DNA of 63,671 nucleotides, the filler included, from Octopus bimaculoides (lineage: Eukaryota), in NCBI RefSeq assembly GCF_001194135.2. It is 5 parts of 4 records of this genome, joined end to end, with 100 filler letters (N's around TTAATTAATTAA, not from the genome) between each part and the next. Parts side by side here need not be neighbours in the genome. Positions count along the whole stretch, not along the records: positions 32,365 to 53,727 come from NC_068982.1; 4 more parts are not named here. One strand, 5' to 3'. Shown here one piece after another: positions 36,126 to 50,220 of the stretch. Every line of letters begins with the position of its first letter. The first letter of the stretch is position 1. The position numbers were made by a program, and so were the translations under genes. Under the pieces are notes generated by a model. It did not search any database, was not told the origin of the DNA, and saw only the letters and a program-made list of their open reading frames with translations.

Positions 36126-38999
36126 CGTCAATTGTGAGTAGGAGAATAATGAGAGCAGCATGTTTCAATGGAGCAACACGAATGAAATTCAATTCATGAT
36201 AGACAAGAAACATTTCCACAAGAAATGCGTGCAAAATTTTGTGAACGGCGAGAAAACGGTTAGCTACGTTGATATCTTTTTCGATAAGCATCTGAAAGAG
36301 TAGCAAACCATATCGCCTTTGGTTTCAACGGTGAAATTTTGGTTGAACATCCAGTGAATTATTTTGACATTCAAATTGTATCTAAATGGCTGAACGTTAC
36401 AAGAAGTGTGCACCGCACACGTCAGTTCTAGACAGATTCAATATGATGTTTTCGGGCTGTACCGTTGAAACATTTGTACGACAACCCGATGGGATTATCT
36501 GCAGTTTCTATTTGTCCAGTTTAATTCATCTTGCTGGGTCTTACTGGAGCCCAAACGTAAGGCAACAGTCCAAGAAATCATGAAGTTGTAGCAAACGTAG
36601 GGACTTGTGATCGGAAACTGATGTCAAATACTTAAACATTCTATATCCATGTAGATTATTTATTGTTGAATTACATGGAAGATATCCTACACAAGAAAAC
36701 GTAATTGTTAACCATTCTTCCCATCAATTTCAGATGTTAGGATTAAGAAGACATGTATCCTTAGTTGAAAATCTCACAGATGTTTCCTACTTGCTGAAAT
36801 ACCAGTCGTTCAGCAAAGCATATTGGCGTATCATGCAAGGGAGTTACTTTCATTTACAACGTTAAGACTACAGGGATTACGATAAATTTAGTGATATTCA
36901 TATTTTCAACTTAACGCTGGCGTCAACTATAGAAAGATGCGCTCTGCTATCATGAATATAATTACAACAATCACAGACCCGTATTTGGTTCAATATCAAA
37001 TATTAATGCTGCAAGTTTTCTATGAGTGTGGTTTAGAGGCTAAAACTAATAAATAAGCCAACAAAATAGAGACACAATAGTCTACACATTCATTATAATG
37101 ATGTCATTGTTGATTTTGCTCATATTTCTTTGGGGAAACAGTTACTGATAGCACAGGAAATATTGTTAGTTGTTAGAATACTTGTAACAGTGACAATTTA
37201 AAACATCAATTAGCATAACTTTGAGAAAAACAGTCAACAAAGATATAATTTTTTTTTTTTTTTTGAAAAAATATTGGTTTTGAAGTTTTAAATAAATATC
37301 TGCAAACAAAAACTCAAAGTATGTTTGAAATTCATAAAATCGTCGTATAATAAAGACTGACTTGAAACGAAGTGTCTGTGTGAAGTTGAAATAAAAAGCA
37401 AATATATGCAAAGCAATGAGAAACAAGATGTATATTAGCAAAATTTTAGCAATAAATAAAAAGGGAATTAAATTTGCAGACGAAATAATGTTATGTGTGA
37501 TACGCTAAAACTGATAATGTCCTATGCAATAAACTAGTACAGAACAACACAGAGGGACACCGAACTGCGATTAAACAGGCACTTTCACGATTATATATAT
37601 ATATATATATATATATATAAGCAAAAAGGATATTCAAAGTTAATGCAGAGCAATCTTCAGCTTCACAAAGATATAGAAATTTAATGAAATTAAATTTAAA
37701 CAGGACATATTTTTATAGTGAAATTTAAACTCACCAAGTAGAAAAGAAGAAGAAAAAAAACAGTTTTACTTAGCCAGACCATACAGTAAATAGTTGATTT
37801 TGCAGATGCAACATTAGTAAAAAATAGACTTAGGTTGTAATGGAAATTAACATTTCACCGGAAGTTGTACTAGAAGATGAATAATCATGTTAAGCTATAT
37901 ACTCGTTGATATTTTAGACTTAAAACTGAAATTTATTATTCTATAATCTTTTGTAAAACGATCGTTTTGAAGTGTTAATCTCCGATTAGTAGTATAATTT
38001 TTTTTAGATTGTGGCACCTATCCAGATAACGCAAAATATACTGCCTGTAGAGACTTCAGTTCTACTTGCTGGATGCTGGTCTTCAGCTGGGCAGTGCTAT
38101 GATGGATAATTAGAAATCATTTCATTATATGTAACATCGTTAAATGAAAATAGAGAAGTAATAAATTGCCTGTTATATGCGCAAGTTAAGTTACTTGGGA
38201 TCGACTGCAATTGTCTGAAATGCTGAAGTTGCTATAGATATGATATCACATGAAGAATTTATAATTACGCAACAAGATTCCCAGTAATTTTATGAGCATC
38301 ACACCAGTGAAGAAAATAAAGTGTGGAGCCCGTGTTCCTTTAAACAATTTTCTATCGCAATGTACACAGAAAATTCTGTGTTGCCCTGGATTTGATCATA
38401 CTGATATACATCTAACTCATTTACCGTTTGAATGATATTCGCGAGATTTTTTATATTTTCATGAATTTCGTATTAACAATGCCTGAAACATTAGCATGAT
38501 CGTGACATATCCTGTATGATCATACGTGTATGTGTGGAAATATGCATTGAAAATACTACTTAGTTTTTGCTTTGTTTCAACTTCCGTATGTTTATTTATA
38601 AACATATGTGTTTTTTGAAATTGCATACAATACCAAAAAGTTTGCAGGTTACAGCACATTTTTTTTCTTTTCTATTTAGGATTTTATACGCTATATGTTA
38701 TAGTTTAGTGTTATCCATTTTCTTTCGGTTTAAAAAAAAGTTTGACCAAACACAGTTTTTAAACAGTAGGAATTCAATGCTTGAACTACGTATGATAAAT
38801 GATTTGCATATATAATTGTGTAATATAAAGTGTTAAGTATATGTTGGACTTGATATTTTTAAAAGCTTTATTCTTCTAGAACTTAATTTAATTTTTGCCA
38901 GAATAACATTTTTATTACTGTATGATATTGTAATGTGCAGCCGAGTTTAAATTCCTTTTGAAGTTGTTATATCAACAATAACATTTTGACGCAGGTATG

Positions 39000-39019
39000 C
39001 ACGCACGCACACAAACACA

Positions 39020-39117
<98 letters not shown>

Positions 39118-39136
39118 CATACACACACACACACGC
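39000..39136. repeat. (CA)n microsatellite
   Basis: Directly visible; similar tracts at 9010-9090, 11858-11900, 40746-40845 and 47925-48000. Confidence 0.95.
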
Positions 39137-39708
39137 ATATATATGTGTTGGTAATTTGCTCGCCATCGCTGAGAAACATCGAGATCATTAAACAAGTTAA
39201 TATATCTCTTCATTCTTTTCATTCTTTAATATAATTTTAAAAAAATTGAATAGGCATCACTTGCATTGTTCAAAAGTCACGATTCGAACAATTCTAATGT
39301 CGAACACACAAATCCAGGCATTAAACTCATACAAACAAACATACTCAAACATTTATTTATATGCTGTATATCAATGCGTTAGAATCTTGACACAGTCTGT
39401 CAGTCGATTGACGATTAACCTCCATATGTCCTCCATCGAATCTTCTATATCTACAAATTTTAGTACTTTGTTAGCAAACAATATGAAAAATCCTCCATTG
39501 GCGAAATAGTTATTTTTCATACGATATACTTTTAAAACTAATTTAGAGATTAAGCAAACTAGTTTAATGGTCTCAGTATTTCACTAAATATTCACCGTTG
39601 CCTGTACAAGTCAGGTATAACGATAGCTAGCATATATATANNNNNNNNNNNNNNNNNNNNNNNNNNNNNNNNNNNNNNNNNNNNNNNNNNNNNNNNNNNN
39701 NNNNNNNN

Positions 39709-39775
<67 letters not shown>

Positions 39776-40511
39776 TATAAACATATATACATATATACAT
39801 ATATGACGAATGGTTTGTGTTTCTTTTATGACATAAAACCATTTGTTATTGACTGTATTTAGTCTATTGGGTATCTTCCCATGTAACATTTCAGTCGGCG
39901 CCTCTGTATTAATGTGTACGAAACGTACACATACGCATGTATATATAGGGCCTTTCCCATTGTTGATCAACTTATTCACAAACAACACAATAGTTACTGA
40001 TGGCATGTATCTATAAATTAAGGAGAGTAAAATTTTGATAATATTATTGATTCATTAGGGTGTCATTTTTGGAGATTAATGGAGTATTTTACAACTGATG
40101 TAATTATTGTGAACAATAATTTCAAATTATATCTGTTCAGGAGACAATCTCTCGTTAACTAGGTCTTCATTTAAAATGGAAATAATAGTTTGACGGTCAT
40201 AGATTCGATTGGCGTGGTTGCTATTCAGACAAACGCAAGGAAATTATAAAGAAATACATTTATTCATTGAAAATATGTTTTCATATTTTTACAATATAAG
40301 ACACTAAGTAAGGTAGTGGTATGATGGACATAATTATCAATTTCTTTGCTTCAAATTAAATTTCGACACTGAGGTAATAGCTATTTCTTGATTTAACTTC
40401 TTTCTGAATTGTTTCATATATAATGTTATTTATATGAGGGGAATACCTAGAAGGGAACTAGGTGAATTATTTGTATTATTTTTATCATTAAATGCATTCA
40501 CTCCAATTAAA

Positions 40512-40549
<38 letters not shown>

Positions 40550-40741
40550 TTATGTATAAACTTTGTTAATAAAGCTGCAAATCATCAGTCAGTTTTGGTT
40601 GAAGGAGAAGGTGTAACTTTCAGTAACATTTCTGTGATGTCTTTGCAATTTTATTAATAAAGCATGTTACTTTATATCAAGCCTTCGAGTATTCTTTTTT
40701 CCACCTTGTTGGTCATTTAATTGCGTGCTCTGGTGTGTATG

Positions 40742-40852
<111 letters not shown>

Positions 40853-41872
40853 GTTTGCGTGGATGTGTTACACGTCAGTTTTCTTCTACGCAAGATAACC
40901 CATTTTAGACAAAATGCCCACACTTCATTGTTGTCAACGGGGAAGAAATCTTTTTTCTGGCTCCTATATGAAGAAAACACGTATGTACGAGTATTTCTTC
41001 CTTATTTTCATTAAGTAGATGGCAAGAATTCTTGGCCAGTTATTCCTTTAATGAAACAGCAGTGTATGAAATATATGATACCAGAATCAAAATGATGACG
41101 CATAAAACAAAATATTATTTTTAACACACTACCGATTGTTATTAGAATAAACAAAACATCGATAGAAAACAGTAAACCGGTAAATGAATGTGTAAGAAAA
41201 TTGAAAGAGATGGGTTGAAAGACAAAGAGAAAAGTAGAAAACAAAAACAACTGACAAGAAAAAACATATTTCAAAGTCTACACCTCGATATTTTGACAGA
41301 ATAAAACAACAATATATACATGCAATAACTTATAATTGAAGATAAAAGAGATATTGATTTATTTTATTATTGAAGATAAAAGAAATATTCAGAACAATGA
41401 ATACTAGGGTTGAAGAAGAGGTCGTTGTATGAAGCCCAAGAACTTGAACTTTGATACCAAGCTTAATGATTCAACAGACAGAGAACGACACGAAGATAAT
41501 TTGTTTGTCTTTAACATTAAATTATTTTTAACGTGAACCTATTGCTTTAGAAGATATAAATAAAAATGAAAATAGTAAAAGGTGAAACTAGCTTACATAA
41601 GTGGAGAAAATAAGTCATACTATTATAACAAAAGTATATCATATTAAGTTTCCTATCTATTATATTAGGCTTGTTTTTTTATTTCAATATAATGTCGTTT
41701 AACTATTTTAACACACAGGTGATGTGTCAGTATATAAGTGTGTTAACCATCGGGGATATGATAGGTATGGTAATACTATACAAGAGATGAGGACATTTCA
41801 TAAGTACATACATACACAGACTTACAAACAGAGATAGAGACACACATACGCGAGCACGCACACATGTATATA

Positions 41873-42094
41873 CAGGGTAGGTCAAAAGTCACCTGATAGT
41901 AAATGAAGACAATTTAATTCCAAGTTTTATTTATGTTTAACAACTGAATGGATTTAATAAAAGCATCAAAACATGAAAATATTTCAAACTGAAGTCCTTC
42001 TTCAGCTACACATTTTCCATTGAAGTCAATACAGAATTACAGATAGCATTTATGGAATTTTGATTTACTGTTGGGTGACTTTTGGCTTATCATG
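41873..42094. mobile_element. ~220-bp Tc1/mariner-type MITE
   Basis: TIRs CAGGGTAGGTCAAAAGTCACC / GGTGACTTTTGGCTTATCATG (4 mismatches), flanked by TA. Confidence 0.65.
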
Positions 42095-43166
42095 TATATA
42101 CATAAACAAGTACATTATATATATATATATATATNNNNNNNNNNNNNNNNNNNNNNNNNNNNNNNNNNNNNNNNNNNNNNNNNNNNNNNNNNNNNNNNNN
42201 NNNNNNNNNNNNNNNNNNNNNNNNNNNNNNNNNNNNNNNNNNNNNNNNNNNNNNNNNNNNNNNNNNNNNNNNNNNNNNNNNNNNNNNNNNNNNNNNNNNN
42301 NNNNNNNNNNNNNNNNNNNNNNNNNNNNNNNNNNNNNNNNNNNNNNNNNNNNNNNNNNNNNNNNNNNNNNNNNNNNNNNNNNNNNNNNNNNNNNNNNNNN
42401 NNNNNNNNNNNNNNNNNNNNNNNNNNNNNNNNNNNNNNNNNNNNNNNNNNNNNNNNNNNNNNNNNNNNNNNNNNNNNNNNNNNNNNNNNNNNNNNNNNNN
42501 NNNNNNNNNNNNNNNNNNNNNNNNNNNNNNNNNNNNNNNNNNNNNNNNNNNNNNNNNNNNNNNNNNNNNNNNNNNNNNNNNNNNNNNNNNNNNNNNNNNN
42601 NNNNNNNNNNNNNNNNNNNNNNNNNNNNNNNNNNNNNNNNNNNNNNNNNNNNNNNNNNNNNNNNNNNNNNNNNNNNNNNNNNNNNNNNNNNNNNNNNNNN
42701 NNNNNNNNNNNNNNNNNNNNNNNNNNNNNNNNNNNNNNNNNNNNNNNNNNNTGTATATATATATATATTTGTGTGTGTGTGTGTGCGTGTGTGTTAACGT
42801 AATATATGTTGAGATATATCCACTTATACTTCTCTCTCTCGCTCTCCATTTATCTATTCATCTTTCTATATGTATTAACACATATATGTGTATACTAAAA
42901 CGTATATAGTTCCTTAAAATAATCTATCGCCTATCCTAGTAGACTCGATTCTTTTTGTCCTTTCAAATTTTATATGACCTCTTGATACATTTTTCAATAC
43001 ACTCTCACACACCTGTTTTCTTTTACAAAAGAAGTCTCATCTTCTAATGAAAGACTTATCGCTCGATGATATATCCTTCTATGGCAATCCCTCTATGAAA
43101 ATATATCACACAGTTATGGTTAATATCTATATAAATTTTATATTAACATATGGATTTTATTTTACC

Positions 43167-43497
43167 ATGAGGCGTGTGGTAAGTAGTTTGCTTACCGACC
43201 ACATGGTTTCGGGTTCAGTCCCACTGCGGGGCACCTTGGGCAAGTGTCTTATACATGCATATACGTATATTTATATATGTATGTGTGTGTATACATTTGT
43301 GTGTCTGTGTTTGTCCCCCAACATCGCTTGACAACAGATGCTGTTCTGTTTACATCTCCGTCACCTTGCGGTTCGGCAAAAAAGAGCGATAGAATAAGTG
43401 TTAGGCTTACAAAGAATAAGTCCTCGGGTTGATTTCCTCGACTAAAGGCGGTGCTCCAGCATGGCCACAGTCAAATGACTGAAACAAGTTCAAGAGT
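43167..43497 (+). mobile_element. SINE family A: tRNA-like head, internal microsatellite, 3' tail
   Basis: GTGTGGTAAGTAG...GGGTTCAGTCCCACTGCG...GGCAAGTGTCTT, (TA/TG)n, then tail ending TCAAATGACTGAAACAAG. Confidence 0.8.
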
Positions 43498-43644
43498 TGT
43501 AGCCAACCGAATTGCTTCTCCACCGAACAAAATGCTTAGCAACATTTCATCCGGCCTTTCGTTCTGTGTTCAAATTCGTTTCCTCCATTTAAGTTCGTTA
43601 AAATAATTATCAGTTGAGTACTCGCGAAAGTATATTCGTTTCAA

Positions 43645-43848
43645 ATGTTGGCACAAAGCCAGCAATCCTCAAGGGTGTGGTAAATCGATTACATTAACAC
43701 CAGCGATCAAGCGTTAACTAATCGACCCCGAAGTGACGAAAGGCAAAGTCGAAATCGGTGAAATTTTAACACAGAACGTAAAGACGGACGATATATCACG
43801 AAGCATTTTGTTCGGCGGCCTGCTAACAATTCCGCCAGCTCGTTGCCT
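43645..43848 (-). mobile_element. SINE family B copy (degenerate)
   Basis: GGCACAAAGCC...TCGACCCCGAAG...GGCAAAGTCG...CAGAACGTAAAGACGGACG...CCGCCAGCTCG on +. Confidence 0.75.
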
Positions 43849-46800
43849 TATTTAGACAAAATAATATTGTTTGATACCTTACGTTCATTATCTTAGTGCT
43901 CTAAAATATGTCATTTTGTCTAAATTTACATTTTACTGACCTACATATGCCAAAAAGTCCCATGTAATAAACGTTTTGTTGGAATTGAAATATATATCCT
44001 CAAACACTGTGAATTTTTGTTATCTACGAATTGCTAGAGTCATTTATACTCAGTATAATTACTTTTGATTAAAATTGCTTCACCAACCCCCAATTTTTCC
44101 AATATTACCCTGGTTACAAGCTACAAAAATATTCAATCATTCTCATATTTTATCCTTGTTGTTCTTGTGCCTGCCATATCCCATTGTACCCTCTGTCTAT
44201 GCTGGGATGGAATACTAAATCAAGTCGCAAATATGGGTGCACTGGATTTGAGAATATTATAATATTACTATGTTTGCATTGAATGCTATTTCTGAATAGA
44301 ACAACTGCGTTTTGGTTGAAGAAACGAAAGATTTATAAAACAAAGTAGGAACTGGCATAGCTTTGTAGTTAAGAAACTTCTTTTGGAGCTATGAAGTTGC
44401 GTATACAATCCCACTGCGTAATGTTGGACACGTGTCTTCGTCTATAACCCCCACACCGAGAGGAACACATCATTGCAAAAGGATTTGGTATTAAAACAGC
44501 CTTTGTTAGAGCCTGTGGTAAATAGATGAGTGCGTGTAAATATATATATATATATATATATATATTTAGAGGTTGAAATAGCATCAATATGGGGTAATAA
44601 TATACAATGAATTATTTGTTCTTGCCTAGCATTGTTTGGAAAGTAGTAATATTCATAATAAAATAAGTCTACAAATAAATCTTAGTTCATACATATTCAA
44701 CAGAAAATATATAAAACGGAGATGTAGCCCTAATATCATTTATGAACTGCCAAAATCCAACATATACTCTGTCGGGCGTTTCAATTTAGCCTATATATTA
44801 AATTGCAATAATTAAATCATTTTATTAGGCAAAATCTCATCAAAGGGGTAGAAGATATACCGTTAGGTTATTAGGTGTTGTGTTTTCAAATCAGCTCAGC
44901 AGAAAGTGATTATGTTGGATTTATGCAGTTAATAAATCATATTAATGCTACTTCTCCATTTCTTAAATTTCCTCTCTCCTTCACTCTCTCTCTTTCTCTT
45001 TCTCTGTATATATATACATATATATATATTNNNNNNNNNNNNNNNNNNNNNNNNNNNNNNNNNNNNNNNNNNNNNNNNNNNNNNNNNNNNNNNNNNNNNN
45101 NNNNNNNNNNNNNNNNNNNNNNNNNNNNNNNNNNNNNNNNNNNNNNNNNNNNNNNNNNNNNNNNNNNNNNNNNNNNNNNNNNNNNNNNNNNNNNNNNNNN
45201 NNNNNNNNNNNNNNNNNNNNNNNNNNNNNNNNNNNNNNNNNNNNNNNNNNNNNNNNNNNNNNNNNNNNNNNNNNNNNNNNNNNNNNNNNNNNNNNNNNNN
45301 NNNNNNNNNNNNNNNNNNNNNNNNNNNNNNNNNNNNNNNNNNNNNNNNNNNNNNNNNNNNNNNNNNNNNNNNNNNNNNNNNNNNNNNNNNNNNNNNNNNN
45401 NNNNNNNNNNNNNNNNNNNNNNNNNNNNNNNNNNNNNNNNNNNNNNNNNNNNNNNNNNNNNNNNNNNNNNNNNNNNNNNNNNNNNNNNNNNNNNNNNNTA
45501 ATTGCGACATATGTTCCTAAGAAAGCGTTGGTGTTATTCAAAAAGGAATCAAATGGTGTAAAACATTGCGATCGTCTTCTCATTGAAGAAATAAAGAAAC
45601 CAAACACAGCAATAAGATATTTTAACAGAATTTAATGACTTTGTATATGATGAAGGGAATGCCAGCATGTTTTTTGTTAAAACCCGTTAGTAGATGCAAT
45701 GTGAAAGTAGTTAATCGAAAGAGAAGGAGGAGAAAGAAAGAAATTAGCAGAAATCTAATAGTGGAGAGATATAGAGCGATCGGTGAATTAGAATAAAGCC
45801 TAGGGACTTGGAAGTAGATATATTTAGTGGACGTGAATTGTAAGAAGACATAGATTATCTGCTAATGTTGATATCGTCAACGATAAAGCTGAATTTTATA
45901 ACTCTACCTTACTTAAAGCAGGCTATAAACAAAACATTATTTATATATTAACCCTATTGACATGAATTTTACCTCTATTAATCAGAACATGAAATCAAGT
46001 CATAACGATATCAATTTTATTTCGAATACCAACACCAAATCGAGTAACGTAATTCTGCAGCGTAAGGGAGATAACCGTCATTTAAGACCCTTTTTTTCAT
46101 TATAAAGGTACATCGCGGACTTTTAATGCTAATTTCACTAATAACAAGGTATGCCCTAGCAAACACTTTGGTTAATAATTCCATATGGAAAGCAGATCAA
46201 ATCCAACCTCTCTTACCAATTTCCTGAAGCTAGAGAAAAAAAGGTAAAAAACAGGAACTTGTCTATGATCATTTGATGTATGGATAAAATATATGATAAA
46301 TCCACGTAAACTGCGTCTTATATATATATTATAGATATTTTCTTTTATTAATTAAAAAAGATATGACTACGGATGTGCGTCACAATTTATATTTAACATG
46401 ATAACGAAGAGTGTCACTCTGTTCTCAGTTAACTTGCAAGCGATATCAGATACGTTCTAGGTCAAAAGTAATCCTATAATATATCAAAGCTAACACTAGT
46501 ACATTAGTGTATAAATCAATATCAAGTAAAGCAATGAGGGAATCACCATGCAAGGAAAATATACCAATGGTCAATAGCTTTGATCATGAGCGAATAAGGT
46601 TTTATTTCCAGGCAGCTGTACGTATTTCATTCAACAAGTTAAGACTTATGATAATGAATGTATATGNNNNNNNNNNNNNNNNNNNNNNNNNNNNNNNNNN
46701 NNNNNNNNNNNNNNNNNNNNNNNNNNNNNNNNNNNNNNNNNNNNNNNNNNNNNNNNNNNNNNNNNNNNNNNNNNNNNNNNNNNNNNNNNNNNNNNNNNNN

Positions 46801-47266
46801 NNNNNNNNNNNNNNNNNNNNNNNNNNNNNNNNNNNNNNNNNNNNNNNNNNNNNNNNNNNNNNNNNNNNNNNNNNNNNNNNNNNNNNNNNNNNNNNNNNNN
46901 NNNNNNNNNNNNNNNNNNNNNNNNNNNNNNNNNNNNNNNNNNNNNNNNNNNNNNNNNNNNNNNNNNNNNNNNNNNNNNNNNNNNNNNNNNNNNNNNNNNN
47001 NNNNNNNNNNNNNNNNNNNNNNNNNNNNNNNNNNNNNNNNNNNNNNNNNNNNNNNNNNNNNNNNNNNNNNNNNNNNNNNNNNNNNNNNNNNNNNNNNNNN
47101 NNNNNNNNNNNNNNNNNNNNNNNNNNNNNNNNNNNNNNNNNNNNNNNNNNNNNNNNNNNNNNNNNNNNNNNNNNNNNNNNNNNNNNNNNNNNNNNNNNNN
47201 NNNNTATATATATATATGTGTGTGTATGTATATGTATATACACATACACAGATACACAGATACACG

Positions 47267-47307
<41 letters not shown>

Positions 47308-47955
47308 CGAAATAAGCATAAAACTATGATGTTGCTCAAAGCTGTATAAAACATACCTGCTTTTTAGCAAACTGCCAGTGGCAGCAGACACCAGACATCT
47401 AGGTTTGTAGTGAGTATTATGTAAGGCAATGGAAATGCAACCTTTAGTTTTCGCTCGGAAAGAGGTGCTACTTGCAGCATTTATCGATCCGCTATGGTCT
47501 GTGCTCAGGCATAATTGGCCACGTCGTTTCCGATAAGATTATCCACAGTGTTCTTTCATCTTTCTTCACGAAAGATATTTCCCTGTTCCTCCCGTTCAAA
47601 AGGAACTAAATGTAGCCAGATTCAGTTCCGAGGTCGTCGTTTCCGTATTGATTACTGGGTCTAAATGACACTCGACTCGACTTTCTCAGTGAATTATCGG
47701 CTGTCAGTTACTTAACAGATACACACAAACAAACACTGTTGTGTGAAAGTAGAACACCCTTATTCGGTTGGCTCCTAATGGACTGTGACACAATATAAAT
47801 GGTTATGCGTAGAGAGTGCAGAAAGTGTCGGCGAAGGTACGCCGTTCGGACTAGTTCCGCACTGAAGACGAAATACGTCGTCATAATGGATCATATCACA
47901 CCCAGACGCAAGTGCACGTACGCACAAACACACACACACATACACACACACACAA

Positions 47956-48003
<48 letters not shown>

Positions 48004-49939
48004 TGTTAATGGCATGAAATAGAATAAAATCTACCTGCGTATATTGAAATTGTAACCATAGACAAAGAAGTATTCATATGCACAAAATCGCTAATTCCTC
48101 CATGTCTTATATTTAAGATCACAGTAAACAATTACAGTTGACATCATAGCCAAAATACCATTAATCATATTGGATATTCTTTCAATATTCTATTATGGCT
48201 TCATCTTGTCTAAAATGCAAAATAATTTGATATATTTGTGAAAAAAGCAAGTAAAATATGCTCGGTTGAAACTGTTTAACTACAGCAGTCATATCTCTAA
48301 GTTCATGGCTAACAACTTACAAATTATTGTCTCATTAAATTCCAAGAAGACAAAAAATATCGTATACAAGAAAATATATGTATACATATATGAAATAATA
48401 CATATAATAATCTAGATGTAAATATTTGTACACGAAAAACGTTTAGATATATGGGAACACGTTGACTCACACGAATAAGTATAGATACGTATATGGTTGT
48501 TTCTGTGTGTAAGTTTATACTGTGTTAGATGGCTTTTAGAATTTGATTACAATTCGACATGCGTAGACAGATATACTTAAATATTCAAAACGAATTTTCT
48601 TTCAATTTTAGACAACTGTACTCAACGGGATACATTTTTCGTTGTATGAGCCCAAGACAAACATAAACACAGTCGTGATAAATCTCAGCATATATACGCA
48701 CCTTATTATCTATATAAATATAAGAAAATGTATGGGATTTTCTTTGATTTGATGTGGTATAATGTTAAATAGAGTAGTCGCTATTGAGGAAAAGCAATTG
48801 TGTTGCAGTGAATTTATGAACAGTGAGTTTGAATTGTGTATGGGGGCACAAGACACTTGGCTCTAGGATGAATTCTATACTTCATATATATATACATAAT
48901 AGTGTGTGCGCATGTGTATGTGTGTTTCAATGTGCATGCCTCCATGTCTGTGCGTTTGTGTAAGTGTGTGTATATGTCTATGAATTGGTTGGTGCTTTTG
49001 CATGTCCATATGAATCTATTGCTAGTACGTAATTTTAAGGCTACCAGCTGAGATCCACCGAATGGTATTGAAAATATTGTACTGGACACACTATTTCAAT
49101 AAAACATATTTCCATTTTACCTTTACAAACATTAATATTAGGGTAGACCTATAATAATTTAACCCAATACTCATGTGAATATTCGTAATATAATACTTTC
49201 ATGATACACATTTTCATGTTTTAGACGATCGTCAATTCTAAATAAAATTATCTGTGTAATTGTATGATAGAGGGTTTTATACAAGTATTACTTACCCGAC
49301 GCCCGTACTTCGAAATTTCAGCTTTATTGCCATGCTTTCATAAATTTTCGTAAATATGGATCCATTCATTCTTCAATAGCTGTTTATTGATTAGATCTTA
49401 TACGATATTGTATGTACGATATTGTGACGGTTCTTATCTGTTCTGCTCACTATTTTATTCCCGTTCTTTGCGCGTTGTGTTAACTGCAATTTTACTTTTT
49501 TTTTCTTTTTTTTTCAGTGTTTCAGAGAAGAAGGAGAGCAATATCCATTACCACTTACAGTTTATTTGAGATTTTTATAAAGGAAAGAACGGAAAATATA
49601 GGGAGGCGAAAAGATGAGAAGTGTAAAAATTCTCCCGGAAGCTTTCATCAGTGTAGAATACTCTAGAGAAACTGCAGCTGGCAGGTTGCGTAGTTATATT
49701 GTATAATAGTTTGCGTTTAATATCTCAGGATAATACAACCAAAATGTTTGCTGTCCAACGTAATTATAGTCAAGGAAATCAACAATCTTGGATTGATATT
49801 ATTTTATTCTCATAGAGAATTTCGAAGCTAGAGTTACTCTCATATAATATGTAAGTACACAAACGCACACCCACATACACACACATTAACGCACACGCAT
49901 ACACATGCATACATATGCATACACACATATCCATGTTAA

Positions 49940-50041
49940 CATACATACGTGCATGCATACATACGTGCATGCATACATACGTGCATGCATACATACATAC
50001 ATACATACAGACAGACAGAGAGACAGACAGACAGACAGGTT

Positions 50042-50079
<38 letters not shown>

Positions 50080-50088
50080 CAGATAGAC

Positions 50089-50131
<43 letters not shown>

Positions 50132-50132
50132 C

Positions 50133-50220
<88 letters not shown>
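49940..50220. repeat. Graded tetranucleotide array (CATA)->(CAGA)->(GATA)n
   Basis: Directly visible. Confidence 0.95.

Noticed and set aside
42060-47391. Long ORFs of 190-280 aa, also 1018-1668, 9327-9817 and 16075-16554
   Set aside because: Mostly X residues from N gaps plus (AT)n flanks.
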